Source: Nibricoccus sp. (GTDB taxonomy: Bacteria; Verrucomicrobiota; Verrucomicrobiia; Opitutales; Opitutaceae). From it: DNA of 64,000 bases. Position numbers and translations under genes: made by a program. Of the stretch, positions 30,432 to 42,674 are shown piece after piece. Below the pieces are notes generated by a model. It saw only the letters and a list, made by a program, of their open reading frames with translations. It was not told the DNA's origin and searched no databases. Position 1 is the first letter of the stretch; the number at the start of each line of letters is the position of its first letter. The DNA is taken from contig JASGHG010000001.1 in assembly GCA_047602425.1 (NCBI GenBank), positions 4,512,001 through 4,576,000 on the forward strand. The letters run 5' to 3'.

Positions 30432-31259
30432 ATGTCCGCCTTCATCAATCTGTCTGCCTACAAATTCGCGCCATTGGAAAATCTGCCAGAACTGCGACGA
30501 CGGTTGCTCGATCTTTCCGTTGCTCGTGGTTTGAAAGGCACGATCTTGCTGAGCCGCGAAGGGATAAATCTATTCATTGCGGGGCTTCGGGCCGATGTCG
30601 ACGCGCTGGTTGCGGAAGTGCGAAGCGTTGCGGACCTCGAAGATCTTTCGCCGAAGGAAAGCGAGAGCGCCGAGCAGCCTTTCAACCGAATGCTGGTGAA
30701 AATAAAAAAGGAGATAATCGCGTTTGGCGTCGACGGGATCGACCCTGCGCGTCAGCCCGCGGCCAAGCTGCCTCCGCGCACGTTGAAGCAATGGCTCGAC
30801 GAAGGACGCGAGATTACGCTGCTCGACACGCGCAACGACTACGAGGTGCGTTTGGGCACATTTCGCGGTGCGCTGCCGGCGGGCATCGACAACTTCCGGG
30901 ATTTTCCCAACGCGGTTCAGCGCCTGAAGCCCGAACTAAAAGAAAGACCTATTGTGATGTTTTGCACCGGCGGTATTCGGTGTGAAAAGGCGGGGCCTTT
31001 CATGACGCGCGAAGGTTTCAATGTCTATCAGCTCGAGGGCGGTATTTTAAAATATTTCGAGGAATGCGGTGGCGCGCATTACGAGGGCGAATGTTTCGTT
31101 TTCGACAAGCGCGTGGGCTTGGATCCTGCGCTCAAAGAAACCGATTCGGTGCTTTGTTACGCCTGCCAGATGCCGCTGACCATCGAGGAGCAACGTCACC
31201 CGCACTATGTGCCCGACGTCTCGTGCCCGCATTGCCACGGGCGGGATAAGCGGGGGTGA
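30432..31259 (+). CDS. Rhodanese-related TrhO/YceA family protein
   Basis: [45 protein letters not shown]. Confidence 0.88.
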   Translation: MSAFINLSAYKFAPLENLPELRRRLLDLSVARGLKGTILLSREGINLFIAGLRADVDALVAEVRSVADLEDLSPKESESAEQPFNRMLVKIKKEIIAFGVDGIDPARQPAAKLPPRTLKQWLDEGREITLLDTRNDYEVRLGTFRGALPAGIDNFRDFPNAVQRLKPELKERPIVMFCTGGIRCEKAGPFMTREGFNVYQLEGGILKYFEECGGAHYEGECFVFDKRVGLDPALKETDSVLCYACQMPLTIEEQRHPHYVPDVSCPHCHGRDKRG

Positions 31260-31420
31260 AGGGCGCATCGCGTTGCGGCTCCAGCCGAGTCCGGTGCGGT
31301 TCCGGCGTGCTGCGGTTGAAGTCCGGGGAGCGCCGTCCCTACTCACACAGGGGAATACTTATGTAATTGCGGTTTATCTGCATTACGGCGGTGAAAATGC
31401 GTAAGTATTTGCTGTACGTC

Positions 31421-31903
31421 GTAATTGCTTCGCTGTTCGGGGGCATTGTTTTGCTGTCAGGCTCAATTGCTAAGCTGTTTGTCTCAATTGCTGGGCTGTA
31501 CGTGCCGGTTGCTGGCGTGTTTGTGGTCGTTGCTAAGCGGTTTGTCCCCATTGCTTGGCTGTTACAGGGCATTGTTGTGTTGTTTGTGTGCGTTGCTGAC
31601 GTGTCAGCGTGCGTTGTTTGGCGGTACGAGGCGATTGTTGCGCGGTTTGTCTCAATTGCGGCGCTGTCTGTTTGCGTTGCTAACGTGTTCTGGGCGATTG
31701 CTGACGTGTCTGAATGAGTTGTTTTAATGTTTGAGTGAGTTGTTTCGTTGTTTGCGTGAGTTGTTTTGGTGTTCGAACGAGCTGTTTTCGTGTTCGGGCG
31801 AGCTGTTTTTCTGTTCGGGTGAGGTGCGAGGTTGTTCGGATGAGTTGTCTGGCGGTAGGGATGAGTTGTTTCGGCGTCGCGGTGAGGTGCGAAGCTGTTT
31901 GAG
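31421..31903. repeat. Degenerate tandem array with a 21-nt period, about 23 units in two sub-blocks
   Basis: Block A 31421-31714 (14 units, e.g. TCAATTGCTAAGCTGTTTGTC). Block B 31715-31903 (9 units, e.g. TGAGTTGTTTTGGTGTTCGAA). Register is kept across the junction. Confidence 0.8.
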
Positions 31904-32087
31904 CCTGTTGCGACGATGTCAGCGTGAGCTGCGGGAAGGGGTGTGGACGATGCGAGAGAGTGGGGGTCACGCTTCGGTGACCCGCGGTCAGGCTCCGGCG
32001 AAGCCCGGTTCAGGTCCGGTGATCCGCGGTCAGGTTTCGGGCACGCGCGGTATGGCTTCGGGCCTGCACGGTAGGGGGCCAGGGAGG

Positions 32088-33401
32088 TGTTTTGTACCGG
32101 GTTGTGGGTAACACATGTACCGCTAGTGAGGTAACACTTTTCAACTCATGGAAGAAGGGCCATGGCCCTTCTTCCATGAGTTGGGACAACAAAAATACAA
32201 TCGCGCGACGGCACGAGTTTGTGACGTTCGCGCTTGCGGGCTCGATCAGTATGGTGGCCTTGTGTGAGCGTTTTGGCGTCAGTCGCAAAACCGGTTACAA
32301 GTGGTTGAGGCGTTTCCATGCACAAGGGCCCGCTGGCCTGGAAGACCGGCAGCGTGCACGCGTACGTCGCAGCAACCAGACCTCATGTTCGGTGGAGACG
32401 CGTGTGGTGAAGCTGCGCACGAAGCATCCTACCTGGGGAGCGCGCAAACTACATCGCAGGCTCTGCGATCTGGGCCACACTTGCATGCCGGCGGTGAGTA
32501 CCTTCGCACGCATTCTTCGCCGGCGTGGGTGCATTCACCCGCGCCACAGTGCCGCACACCAGCCGATGCAGTGTTTTGCCAGAGCCGAGCCCAATCAACT
32601 CTGGCAAATGGACTTCAAGGGCCACTTTGCCATGCAGCGCGGTGGCCGCCGCCATCCGCTCACGGTGCTCGACGACCACTCCCGCTTTTCCGTTGGGCTT
32701 GAAGCGTGTGCCAACGAGCAGACGGTGTGCGTGCGTGAGCGCTTGGAGCGCATCTTCACCTGCTACGGCCTGCCCGAACAGATCCTTTGCGACAACGGCC
32801 CTCCTTGGGGCGGAACAGGGCCGGAGTTCACCCAGCTCAGCGTCTGGTTGCTGCGCCTGGGCGTGGAGGTCATCCACGGCAGGCCGTTTCATCCTCAGAC
32901 CCAGGGCAAAGACGAACGTTTCCACCGCACCCTCAAGGCCGATCTTCTGGACCGCCTCGACTGGCGCGACCTCGCCCAGGCACAGCGACGCTTCGATGCG
33001 TACCGCCATCTCTACAATTATGACCGTCCACATGAAGCGCTTGATCTGGCCGTGCCAGCCTCCCGCTATCGCCCCAGTTCCCGCCGAATGCCAGCCAGGC
33101 TTCCCATCGCGCAGTATGAAGCCTCGGAGCTGGTCCACCTGGTGAAATCCAAGGGCGAGATCACCTTCCAAAACCGTTTCTTCTTCATCGGCCAGGCTTT
33201 CATCGGACTGCCTGTGGCGCTGCGACCCTGCGCAGCCCACGGCATTTATCGGGTCTGCTACGCCGCATTTACTCTCGGCCTTATCGATCTATCAAAACCA
33301 ACCAATCTTCCCAAAGGCTGCTACCATCCCCTGCTTCGGCCTACTCATACACTGTAACCCCATTAGCGGTTCATCTGTTACCCTTGACCCGAGTCTATAC
33401 A
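32088..33401 (+). mobile_element. IS481-family insertion sequence
   Basis: TGT...ACA ends. 49-nt imperfect terminal inverted repeats match at 36/49 positions without gaps. 5-bp flanking direct repeat GGAGG (32083-32087 and 33402-33406). Confidence 0.9.
32176..33357 (+). CDS. IS481-family DDE transposase
   Basis: HTH (FGVSRKTGYKWL), PTWGARK, WQMDFKG, LDDHSR, DNG, QTQGKDERFHRTLK, RPHEAL. Confidence 0.93.
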   Translation: MSWDNKNTIARRHEFVTFALAGSISMVALCERFGVSRKTGYKWLRRFHAQGPAGLEDRQRARVRRSNQTSCSVETRVVKLRTKHPTWGARKLHRRLCDLGHTCMPAVSTFARILRRRGCIHPRHSAAHQPMQCFARAEPNQLWQMDFKGHFAMQRGGRRHPLTVLDDHSRFSVGLEACANEQTVCVRERLERIFTCYGLPEQILCDNGPPWGGTGPEFTQLSVWLLRLGVEVIHGRPFHPQTQGKDERFHRTLKADLLDRLDWRDLAQAQRRFDAYRHLYNYDRPHEALDLAVPASRYRPSSRRMPARLPIAQYEASELVHLVKSKGEITFQNRFFFIGQAFIGLPVALRPCAAHGIYRVCYAAFTLGLIDLSKPTNLPKGCYHPLLRPTHTL

Positions 33402-33527
33402 GGAGGGGCGGTACGCCTCCGGCGGGCGGCGGAAGCCTTCGGCTTGGGACGGTGGGTCGCGGGGTGCTCTAATGTAATGGCGGATTATGGCGTGGTTTGG
33501 GGCGCGGCGGGGTTTATCTAGGACGTT

Positions 33528-34409
33528 ATGAAAAATCTACGTCTTGCGGTCATGGTAGCATTCTTAACTGGGGCGGTCGCTGGCCGCGTCTTTGCTGCGG
33601 AGGCGGCACCGGTTTATCCTCCGCATACGATTCCGAACTCGCAGCTGCGGGTGCTGCCAAAGAGCGCAACGGGACGCCAGTATCAACTGCATATCAGTCT
33701 GCCGGGCAACTATTCAAAAGATACAACGCAGCGTTATCCGGTCGTTTTTGTCACCGATGGCTATTGGGATTTCGGCAAGCTGGATGCGATCGCGGGCGGA
33801 CTCCGTTACGACAAATACGTCCCGGAGTTTATCATCGTGGGGCTCGGCTATCCGGGAGAAAACTTGAACTACGGGCAGTTGCGCAATTGGGAGCTCTCGC
33901 CCGTGCCGTCCAATAACGACCCGCAAAACACCGGTCATGCGGCGGATTTTTTGCGCACGCTGGAAACGGAAATCATCCCCTATATCGATCGCGAATTTCG
34001 CACCGACCCGGCGCATCGCGTGCTGGGCGGAGCTTCACTGGGCGGCTTATTTACGCTCTATGCGATGTACACCAAGCCGGAGCTGTTTTCCGGGTACATG
34101 GCCGTGACACCGGCCGTCAATGTGGGGAACGATTGGTTGCTTGGTTATGAGGAAAAGTTCGTTAAATCCGGTCGCGCCCCGAAGGGCCGCCTTTTCGTGA
34201 GCGTGGGCAGCAACGAGTGGCCGGGTTTCGTTGCGGCGATTTTGCGCTATAATTCGCGGGTATCCTCACGCAAACACCCGGATTTGGCCTATCAGTTTAA
34301 AGTCATCGAAGGTGCGCGGCATGCCGGTATGCAAATGGAGTCCTACGTGCGGGCACTCACCTTTATCTTCGCTCCACTGGCGCCGGAGAGCGGTCCGCTG
34401 TCGGACTAG
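33528..34409 (+). CDS. Secreted alpha/beta hydrolase (IroE/Fes-like esterase)
   Basis: Signal peptide, YPVVFVTDG, IIVGLGY, nucleophile GASLGG. Confidence 0.82.
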   Translation: MKNLRLAVMVAFLTGAVAGRVFAAEAAPVYPPHTIPNSQLRVLPKSATGRQYQLHISLPGNYSKDTTQRYPVVFVTDGYWDFGKLDAIAGGLRYDKYVPEFIIVGLGYPGENLNYGQLRNWELSPVPSNNDPQNTGHAADFLRTLETEIIPYIDREFRTDPAHRVLGGASLGGLFTLYAMYTKPELFSGYMAVTPAVNVGNDWLLGYEEKFVKSGRAPKGRLFVSVGSNEWPGFVAAILRYNSRVSSRKHPDLAYQFKVIEGARHAGMQMESYVRALTFIFAPLAPESGPLSD

Positions 34410-34463
34410 AGGCGTGTTTCTGCCGCGCTATTTATCGGCCGTGAAAAATCGACACGGTGCGAG

Positions 34464-35681
34464 CTACAGACGCTTGCCGCATTGCACGCAGAAATTGTTA
34501 TCCGAAACATTGGGACCACCACAATGGATGCAGAAGACGCGCAGGGCTTTTGGCGCAGGGGGCGGCAGCGGTGGTGGTTCAGGCTCAGGTTTTTTGTCCG
34601 CCTGAATTTGTGCGCGAGTCTTTAGATAGAGTTGCGGAGTGATTTTGTCGGTGAGCAGTAGATCGAGGTATTCCTTGAGCACTTTTTCGGTCGGGGTGCA
34701 TTCTTCGGCAGTTTTCTCGTTGATGAGCATGGCCTCGGTAAACTCCATGGAAGCGAGCTGGTTTTTCTGCCGCAGTTCCACGAGCCGGAGGCGCCGGCCT
34801 TGCATTTCCTCCAGTTTCTTTTGCGCGGCATTGCTGAGTTCCTGCGCTCTCAGTTTAACCCGTTCGGAATCCACCGTAAGGATGATGTCGCGCGTCAACG
34901 ATTCGCAAATCATGGTGGGATCCTGTGGTTCCTTGCCGAGCAGTTTGACCGTGCGAGGCACCTCTCGTTGAAGATAGTTTACGACCTCCTGGATGGAGAC
35001 GTAACCATCGGTGTTGCCATCGGCCTTGCCGGAAAGCGCCTCAAGGAGGTGGTACGTGAAAATGCCGTGCTGAAGTTTCTCGTCCTCCCAGGAGCGCTGG
35101 TCGGGTTTGGCGGCGGCAATCACCACACGGCCTTCACCCTCGGCGAAACGTTCATATTTTGGCGCCGCCACCACGGCAAGATCGCGCCCTCCGGCTTTGG
35201 CGACGCCAGTGGAATGGCAGGCGTCGAGAAACATGACCAGACGCTGGGCTTTGAGCGTACGGACTAGTTTTTCAAAATCGTTTTGAGAGAGGCTGGTTGA
35301 CGCCATGTCCTCGGGGTCGGCGTCCCACGGTAGAAAATAGTAGGCTTGTTTTTCGGCGATCGATTCGCACTTGTCCTGTTCCTGACCGCCATGACCGGCG
35401 AAAAAAATCATCACGGTCGAGTCAGGCATAACCTGACTGTAGAGCCATTTGTTCACCGCCTTGCGGATCTGGGTATGGGTCGCTTCTTCGTCGATCAGCA
35501 GCTTCACATTTTCTTTGGGGAAGCCGGAGCGCCGCGGATCGGTTAACAGATCGTAGAAGGCGCGTGCGTCGGCGTGGGTGTATTTCAACGTTGGGATGCG
35601 GCTGTCTTGATACGTGCCGATGCCCACGATGAGGGCGAAAGCCTTGTCGCCGCGAACGGCAGTGGTCTCGGATAGGCTCAT
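34464..35681 (-). CDS. Caspase-family (peptidase C14) protease with helical region and C-terminal zinc ribbon
   Basis: ALIVGIGTY, catalytic FAGHG and LDACHS, HGIFTYHLLEAL, C-terminal CIHCG...FCVQCG. Confidence 0.88.
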   Translation of the reverse strand: MSLSETTAVRGDKAFALIVGIGTYQDSRIPTLKYTHADARAFYDLLTDPRRSGFPKENVKLLIDEEATHTQIRKAVNKWLYSQVMPDSTVMIFFAGHGGQEQDKCESIAEKQAYYFLPWDADPEDMASTSLSQNDFEKLVRTLKAQRLVMFLDACHSTGVAKAGGRDLAVVAAPKYERFAEGEGRVVIAAAKPDQRSWEDEKLQHGIFTYHLLEALSGKADGNTDGYVSIQEVVNYLQREVPRTVKLLGKEPQDPTMICESLTRDIILTVDSERVKLRAQELSNAAQKKLEEMQGRRLRLVELRQKNQLASMEFTEAMLINEKTAEECTPTEKVLKEYLDLLLTDKITPQLYLKTRAQIQADKKPEPEPPPLPPPAPKALRVFCIHCGGPNVSDNNFCVQCGKRL

Positions 35682-35715
35682 GCGGATGGGACGGGTTCGC
35701 GGCGATCGTTTTTGG

Positions 35716-36036
35716 CTAGCTTTGCGAGTACAGATACCAAAGAACGGCGGCGCCGAGGCCGATATAGAGCCACAGCTTGCCGACCTTCTTCTTCGCCGGG
35801 CTCTGGCTGTTCATGTAGACTGCCCCCATGACGATTCCGAGCAGCGGAAACACACCGGAACCAACCGCGATACCTAACTTGAGGCCGTCGGAAACCGTTT
35901 CCTCGGACGCGGCGGCTGGTTCAACTGAGCGAAAAGGCGGCGGCACGGGCGGGGTGGTCTGAGCGAGGCGCTCGCCACATTTGCCACAGAACTTGGCCTC
36001 GGGCGGATTAACCGAATTGCATTTGGCGCATTGCAT
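35716..36036 (-). CDS. Zinc-ribbon plus two-TM membrane protein
   Basis: MQCAKC...KFCGKCG followed by two hydrophobic helices. Confidence 0.78.
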   Translation of the reverse strand: MQCAKCNSVNPPEAKFCGKCGERLAQTTPPVPPPFRSVEPAAASEETVSDGLKLGIAVGSGVFPLLGIVMGAVYMNSQSPAKKKVGKLWLYIGLGAAVLWYLYSQS

Positions 36037-36062
36037 GGGGGTTGTTGGCGTTAATGTCTGGT

Positions 36063-36854
36063 TTAGGTGACGAGAAATTCGCAGGTGTCCTCGGTCCACT
36101 CGGTCCTGGGCACGGAGGATATTTTTTTCTCGATCACACGTATGTCGCGCGCGCCCGTGGTGGCGTCGACCGTGCGGAAGAGGGAGCCATCGAGGGCAAA
36201 ATGTGATTCCAGCAGCGCAACCTTCTTCAAGGTGGCCACCGCCTTGAGTTTTTCCGTGCCGATGGGGCCTTGGAGTTCGTATTCGAATTCACTGTCCGAT
36301 TCGGGAATGCGGTATTCCCGGCCGGCTTGGACGAAGTTTTCGGAATGGTGTGCGTTGGGGAACAGCACGGTGAGTTTGCCGCTCGTGCCGATGTTGAGCA
36401 GCGTGAGATAGCAATTTTGGCTGGCGCGAAAACCGACGACGATTTTCTGGCCCGTGCGATAACTGGCTTTCTTGTTTTTCGATTTTACGGCGACGTCGCG
36501 CCCCCCGTCGTGGGGCAAAGGCGCGGTCCAGAGATCGACTTTAAAGCCGTTGGTCGGACTGTCCACGGGCTGGGATTTTTCCGAAGCCGAACGACTCGCG
36601 GCCGGCGCATGTTTTTTCGCTCTGCCTTTCTGCTCGAAAAATAAATAGCTGCCCAAGGCCACGACGAAAACGAACAAGATCGACAGCACAAGCGGGAGCG
36701 AACCGTTGCTTATTTTCCACGCCCCGACCAAAACCACCAAACCCGCGGTGCCGAACAGCAACGCCTGGCTCGCCAGTTTTTGAACGATCAATTTCAGCAC
36801 GCTGCCATCGTCGGCTGGCTCGTCCTCGGGCTCGTTCTTTTCAGAAGTACTCAT
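36063..36854 (-). CDS. Two-TM protein with a C-terminal DUF4384-like domain
   Basis: YRTGQKI..FRASQNCYLTLLNIGTSGKLTVLFPN...GPIGTEKLKAVAT resembles the DUF4384 pattern. Confidence 0.78.
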   Translation of the reverse strand: MSTSEKNEPEDEPADDGSVLKLIVQKLASQALLFGTAGLVVLVGAWKISNGSLPLVLSILFVFVVALGSYLFFEQKGRAKKHAPAASRSASEKSQPVDSPTNGFKVDLWTAPLPHDGGRDVAVKSKNKKASYRTGQKIVVGFRASQNCYLTLLNIGTSGKLTVLFPNAHHSENFVQAGREYRIPESDSEFEYELQGPIGTEKLKAVATLKKVALLESHFALDGSLFRTVDATTGARDIRVIEKKISSVPRTEWTEDTCEFLVT

Positions 36855-37164
36855 TTGGCGCTGCAGCGAGATGGGGTTTGCTCCAACAGACCTAATTTAC
36901 CGGGTAAGAAACCAACATATTGGACCAGCGCAAATGCCGGACCGTATTTTTAATGAGAAACCCTGCGGTTATGAAACCGCTTCACTCCGCATAGCGACTG
37001 CGCGCCAATAAATGCAAATGACTGACGGCCAATTGGTCTGCCCAAGCATGATTATGCCTATGAATTGAGATGTCCGATTGGCGGGACCTGCTTCGTCGTT
37101 TGATTAAAACAAAATTAGAAATTCCGTATTTCGACTCCCTCCGCCCCAATTCCAAAAATCCGCC

Positions 37165-37827
37165 ATGAGCCAAACATCTCAGCCCAAACTTCGCGTCAAC
37201 TGCTTCGGTCTTTCCCTCGACGGCTACGGGGCCGGCCCAAATCAAAGCTTGGAGAATCCGCTGGGTAAAGGTGGCACCGGCATGCACGAGTGGTTTTTCC
37301 CGACGCGCACCTTTCAACGCACGGTACTTGGAAATGATTCGGCTGGCGCGACGGGCATCGACGAAGATTTTGCGGCGCGCGGCATGGCGGGACTTGGTGC
37401 GTGGATTCTCGGCAGAAATATGTTTAGCCCGTTTCGCGGCGCGTGGTCGGACGACAAGTGGAAAGGCTGGTGGGGCGACAATCCGCCGTATCATGTGCCG
37501 GTGTTTGTGCTCACGCATCACCCGCGCGCCTCAATCGAGATGGCCGGCGGCACGACCTTTCACTTTGTAACCGAAGGAATCCACGCCGCACTCGACCGCG
37601 CGAAGGAAGCGGCCAAGGGCAAAGACATTCGAATCGGTGGTGGCGTGGCGACGATCCGGCAGTATCTCCAAGCCGGCTTGATCGACGAAATGCACCTGGC
37701 GATTTCGCCGGTGTTGCTTGGTTCGGGCGAGCATTTGTTCAACGGCATCGACCTGCTCAAACTCGGCTACCGCTGCACCGAACACGTGGCTGCAGAAAAA
37801 GCGACGCACGTTGTGCTAACGAAATGA
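37165..37827 (+). CDS. Dihydrofolate reductase / RibD C-terminal family protein
   Basis: SLDGY, ILGRNMF, PVFVLTH, IGGG, IDEMHLAISPVLLGSG. Confidence 0.88.
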   Translation: MSQTSQPKLRVNCFGLSLDGYGAGPNQSLENPLGKGGTGMHEWFFPTRTFQRTVLGNDSAGATGIDEDFAARGMAGLGAWILGRNMFSPFRGAWSDDKWKGWWGDNPPYHVPVFVLTHHPRASIEMAGGTTFHFVTEGIHAALDRAKEAAKGKDIRIGGGVATIRQYLQAGLIDEMHLAISPVLLGSGEHLFNGIDLLKLGYRCTEHVAAEKATHVVLTK

Positions 37828-37978
37828 GGGAGGATAGGTCGGCGATTGGCTAGGGCCGGAACGCATGCTTCGCTGTGCGGCGCTTTTTACTCTAGAACAG
37901 ACATCGGGAGGCGCGGAATTCACCTCGTTTTCATGACGACTTCATCGTGTCTTCACAAAGGTGTGGGAGGCTGACCGC

Positions 37979-38542
37979 ATGATGACTAAAAAAAGCCTTC
38001 TCACCATTCTGCTGGTGCCTTCGTTTTTGTTGCTCATTCCCTTGGTCGCGAATCAAACGGTCGACGGCTTCAATTGGAATCCGGGCGCGTTCATTTTCCT
38101 TTGGGTTTTATTGGTGGGCATCGGTCTCGCGTATAAACTCGTGACCAACAAAACGGGTAGCGTCGCCCACCGCGTCGCGACCGGCCTTGCACTGGCGACG
38201 GCGTTCATGGTGTTCTGGGGCAATCTGGCCGTGGGCTTCGTCGGGAGTGAAGATAACCCGGCTAATTTGATGTATGGCGGAGTGCTCGCCATCGGACTAA
38301 TCGGCGCTGCGATCGCACGTTTTTCGTCGGCGGGCATGGCACAGACGATGGCTGCGATGGCATGTGGCCAATTTTTGGTCCCCATCGTTGCGCTCCTCGT
38401 CCGGCCACACGATTTCAGCCCGGGCGTTGCACAGGTCTTTGCGCTGAATTTTGTCTTTGTCTTATTGTTCGGTGTCTCGGCTTGGTTGTTCCGGTACGCC
38501 AGCCACAGACCACGCAAAGCGGACGGGCCGATGACGGCGTGA
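37979..38542 (+). CDS. Hypothetical multi-TM protein
   Basis: About 6 hydrophobic helices, WGNLAVGFVGSEDNPAN motif. Confidence 0.7.
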   Translation: MMTKKSLLTILLVPSFLLLIPLVANQTVDGFNWNPGAFIFLWVLLVGIGLAYKLVTNKTGSVAHRVATGLALATAFMVFWGNLAVGFVGSEDNPANLMYGGVLAIGLIGAAIARFSSAGMAQTMAAMACGQFLVPIVALLVRPHDFSPGVAQVFALNFVFVLLFGVSAWLFRYASHRPRKADGPMTA

Positions 38543-38562
38543 GCGCTTCCGCCGAGGCAAAC

Positions 38563-39756
38563 TTACGGTGCTTTTTCCTGAACGGGGGTTGAGGAAATCA
38601 GGCCGAATTCTTTGAGCAACGCGTAGAAAATATCGGTGCAGTTGGAGCCGTCGCCACGGCCGTGATTCATCACGATGACGGTTCCCCAATTCGTCTCGGG
38701 GACAAACCACATGTTGGCGCGCGCGTAGCCGGAGTAGCCGCCGTGGAAAATGCTGCGCTCGATCACGCGGCCGCGGGCGTCTCGTCGGGTTTCGATTTCC
38801 CAGCCTAGGGCGAAGCGTCGGTTGGCGACTTGGGAGTGCAGGTGTTGAAAGGACTCGCGCCGCAAGAGGGCATGGCCCGCGTGCTCGCCCTGGTTGTGGA
38901 AATCGAGATAACGAAGCAGGTCCGGCACCGAGCAAGACAGGAACCCACCGGGAGAGCCAAAGGGCGGGGAGCCGTACTTGGCGGGGTCGACGCTCGCGCG
39001 ACGGTTTTTCCCAAACCAGCCGTCCTCGTGCCCGGCGATTTTCGGAGCGGCGCCGTATTGCAAAGAGTCGAGGCCGAGCGGTTGAAACAACCGTGACTGC
39101 GCGAGTGCTTCCAGCGGTTTTCCGGCGGCGCGTTCGAGGATGCTGCCGGCAATGACGTAGCCATCGTTGCAGTAATATTCGTCGGTGCCGGGCGGATAAC
39201 GAGGCGGTTTTTGGAGCGCGGTCGCGACAAACAGCAGGCGTTGTTTGCTGGCGGGTTTACCGGTGTGTTGCTGGTTCCATTCCATCCAGCGGTCGTTGCG
39301 GTCCATGATGCGATCCAGGCCCGAGCGGTGGCGCAGCAATTGTTCGAGCGTCACGCTGGCGTAGCAGGGCAGCATCGATGTTTTGAGTTCCGGAAAAGCC
39401 TCGGCGAGCGTGGTGTTCCAACGGATTTTTCCGTCCTCAACCAGCATGGCGGCGAGGGTCGCGGTGACCGACTTCGAGCACGACGCGATGTCGAACGCGT
39501 CGTCAAGGGTCGCCCAATCGCCCGAGTCGACAACGCGTTCGCCCGCCACGCCGAGGCCCACGATTTTTCCGCCGTGAATTATCCCGATGCCGAGCGCGGG
39601 CAGGTTGTGTTTTTTGCGCAGCGTTTCCGTCAGTTGGTAGAGGTCGCGAGCTTCCGGATAACGTTCGACTCCTATGGTGCGCCCGGGATGGTTAGCTTTG
39701 CCGGCGCAGGCCACAAACATCAGGAAAAGTCCGATGAGAAAAACGGGGTATTTCAT
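38563..39756 (-). CDS. Serine hydrolase, beta-lactamase/AmpC-like family, probably exported
   Basis: SCSK (SxxK), LLRHRSG, YCN (YxN), HGG. Lipoprotein-like N-terminus. Confidence 0.85.
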   Translation of the reverse strand: MKYPVFLIGLFLMFVACAGKANHPGRTIGVERYPEARDLYQLTETLRKKHNLPALGIGIIHGGKIVGLGVAGERVVDSGDWATLDDAFDIASCSKSVTATLAAMLVEDGKIRWNTTLAEAFPELKTSMLPCYASVTLEQLLRHRSGLDRIMDRNDRWMEWNQQHTGKPASKQRLLFVATALQKPPRYPPGTDEYYCNDGYVIAGSILERAAGKPLEALAQSRLFQPLGLDSLQYGAAPKIAGHEDGWFGKNRRASVDPAKYGSPPFGSPGGFLSCSVPDLLRYLDFHNQGEHAGHALLRRESFQHLHSQVANRRFALGWEIETRRDARGRVIERSIFHGGYSGYARANMWFVPETNWGTVIVMNHGRGDGSNCTDIFYALLKEFGLISSTPVQEKAP

Positions 39757-39825
39757 AAGGAGGAGCGATCGGGCCGAGGAGCAGATCCAGTTGAAACGGG
39801 TCTGTCGTGGCAACTCATTCCAATC

Positions 39826-40188
39826 ATGATTAACTATAAAGAAATCGCATTCACGGCCTACGCGGTGACTAATATGCGGAAGGCGCGGAAGTTTTATGAG
39901 GGCGTGCTCGGCCTGAAGCCGGCCCGCGAAATGGGCAAGAATTTCGTCGAATACGACATCGGCCAGGGGACAATCTCGGTCGGTTGCGCGCCGAAAATGT
40001 GGCCGCCGTCAAAAAAGGGAACGACCGCGGCGCTCGAGGTCACCGACTTTGAAGAAGCGCTCGAACATCTGAAAAAGAAGAAAATCAAGCCGGCGCTCGG
40101 GCCGCTGGATTTTCCTTCTTGCAGAATGGTCGGCGTGCGCGATCCCGATGGCAACATGATCGTGTTGCACAAGCGGAAAAAGAAATAG
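39826..40188 (+). CDS. VOC/glyoxalase family protein
   Basis: VTNMRKARKFYEGVLGL...RDPDGN. Start ATG 39826 within the 39211 ORF. Confidence 0.85.
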   Translation: MINYKEIAFTAYAVTNMRKARKFYEGVLGLKPAREMGKNFVEYDIGQGTISVGCAPKMWPPSKKGTTAALEVTDFEEALEHLKKKKIKPALGPLDFPSCRMVGVRDPDGNMIVLHKRKKK

Positions 40189-40236
40189 CGTCCTCGGCGG
40201 CGGGACGAACTCTAGAGGGCCGGGCCGGAACGCAGG

Positions 40237-42516
<2,280 letters not shown>

Positions 42517-42674
42517 TTAGGCTAGCGGTTGGCGCCCCGCGGTCAAAAGCAAAGACCACATGGAAGGCGTTAGCATGTTTGTTGATGCGAAACGCGTTTT
42601 GCTAACAGTATTGCTTTTTCTGGCGCGACGGACGGAGGCGTTTCGAATTTCGCTGAAAGACGAAGGCGGCGCGA

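Noticed and set aside
31421..31903. CRISPR array
   Set aside because: Contiguous degenerate 21-nt units without a constant repeat and unique spacers; no cas genes.
36982..37521. 179-aa minus-strand ORF
   Set aside because: Mostly antisense to the DHFR-family gene and has no recognisable domain.
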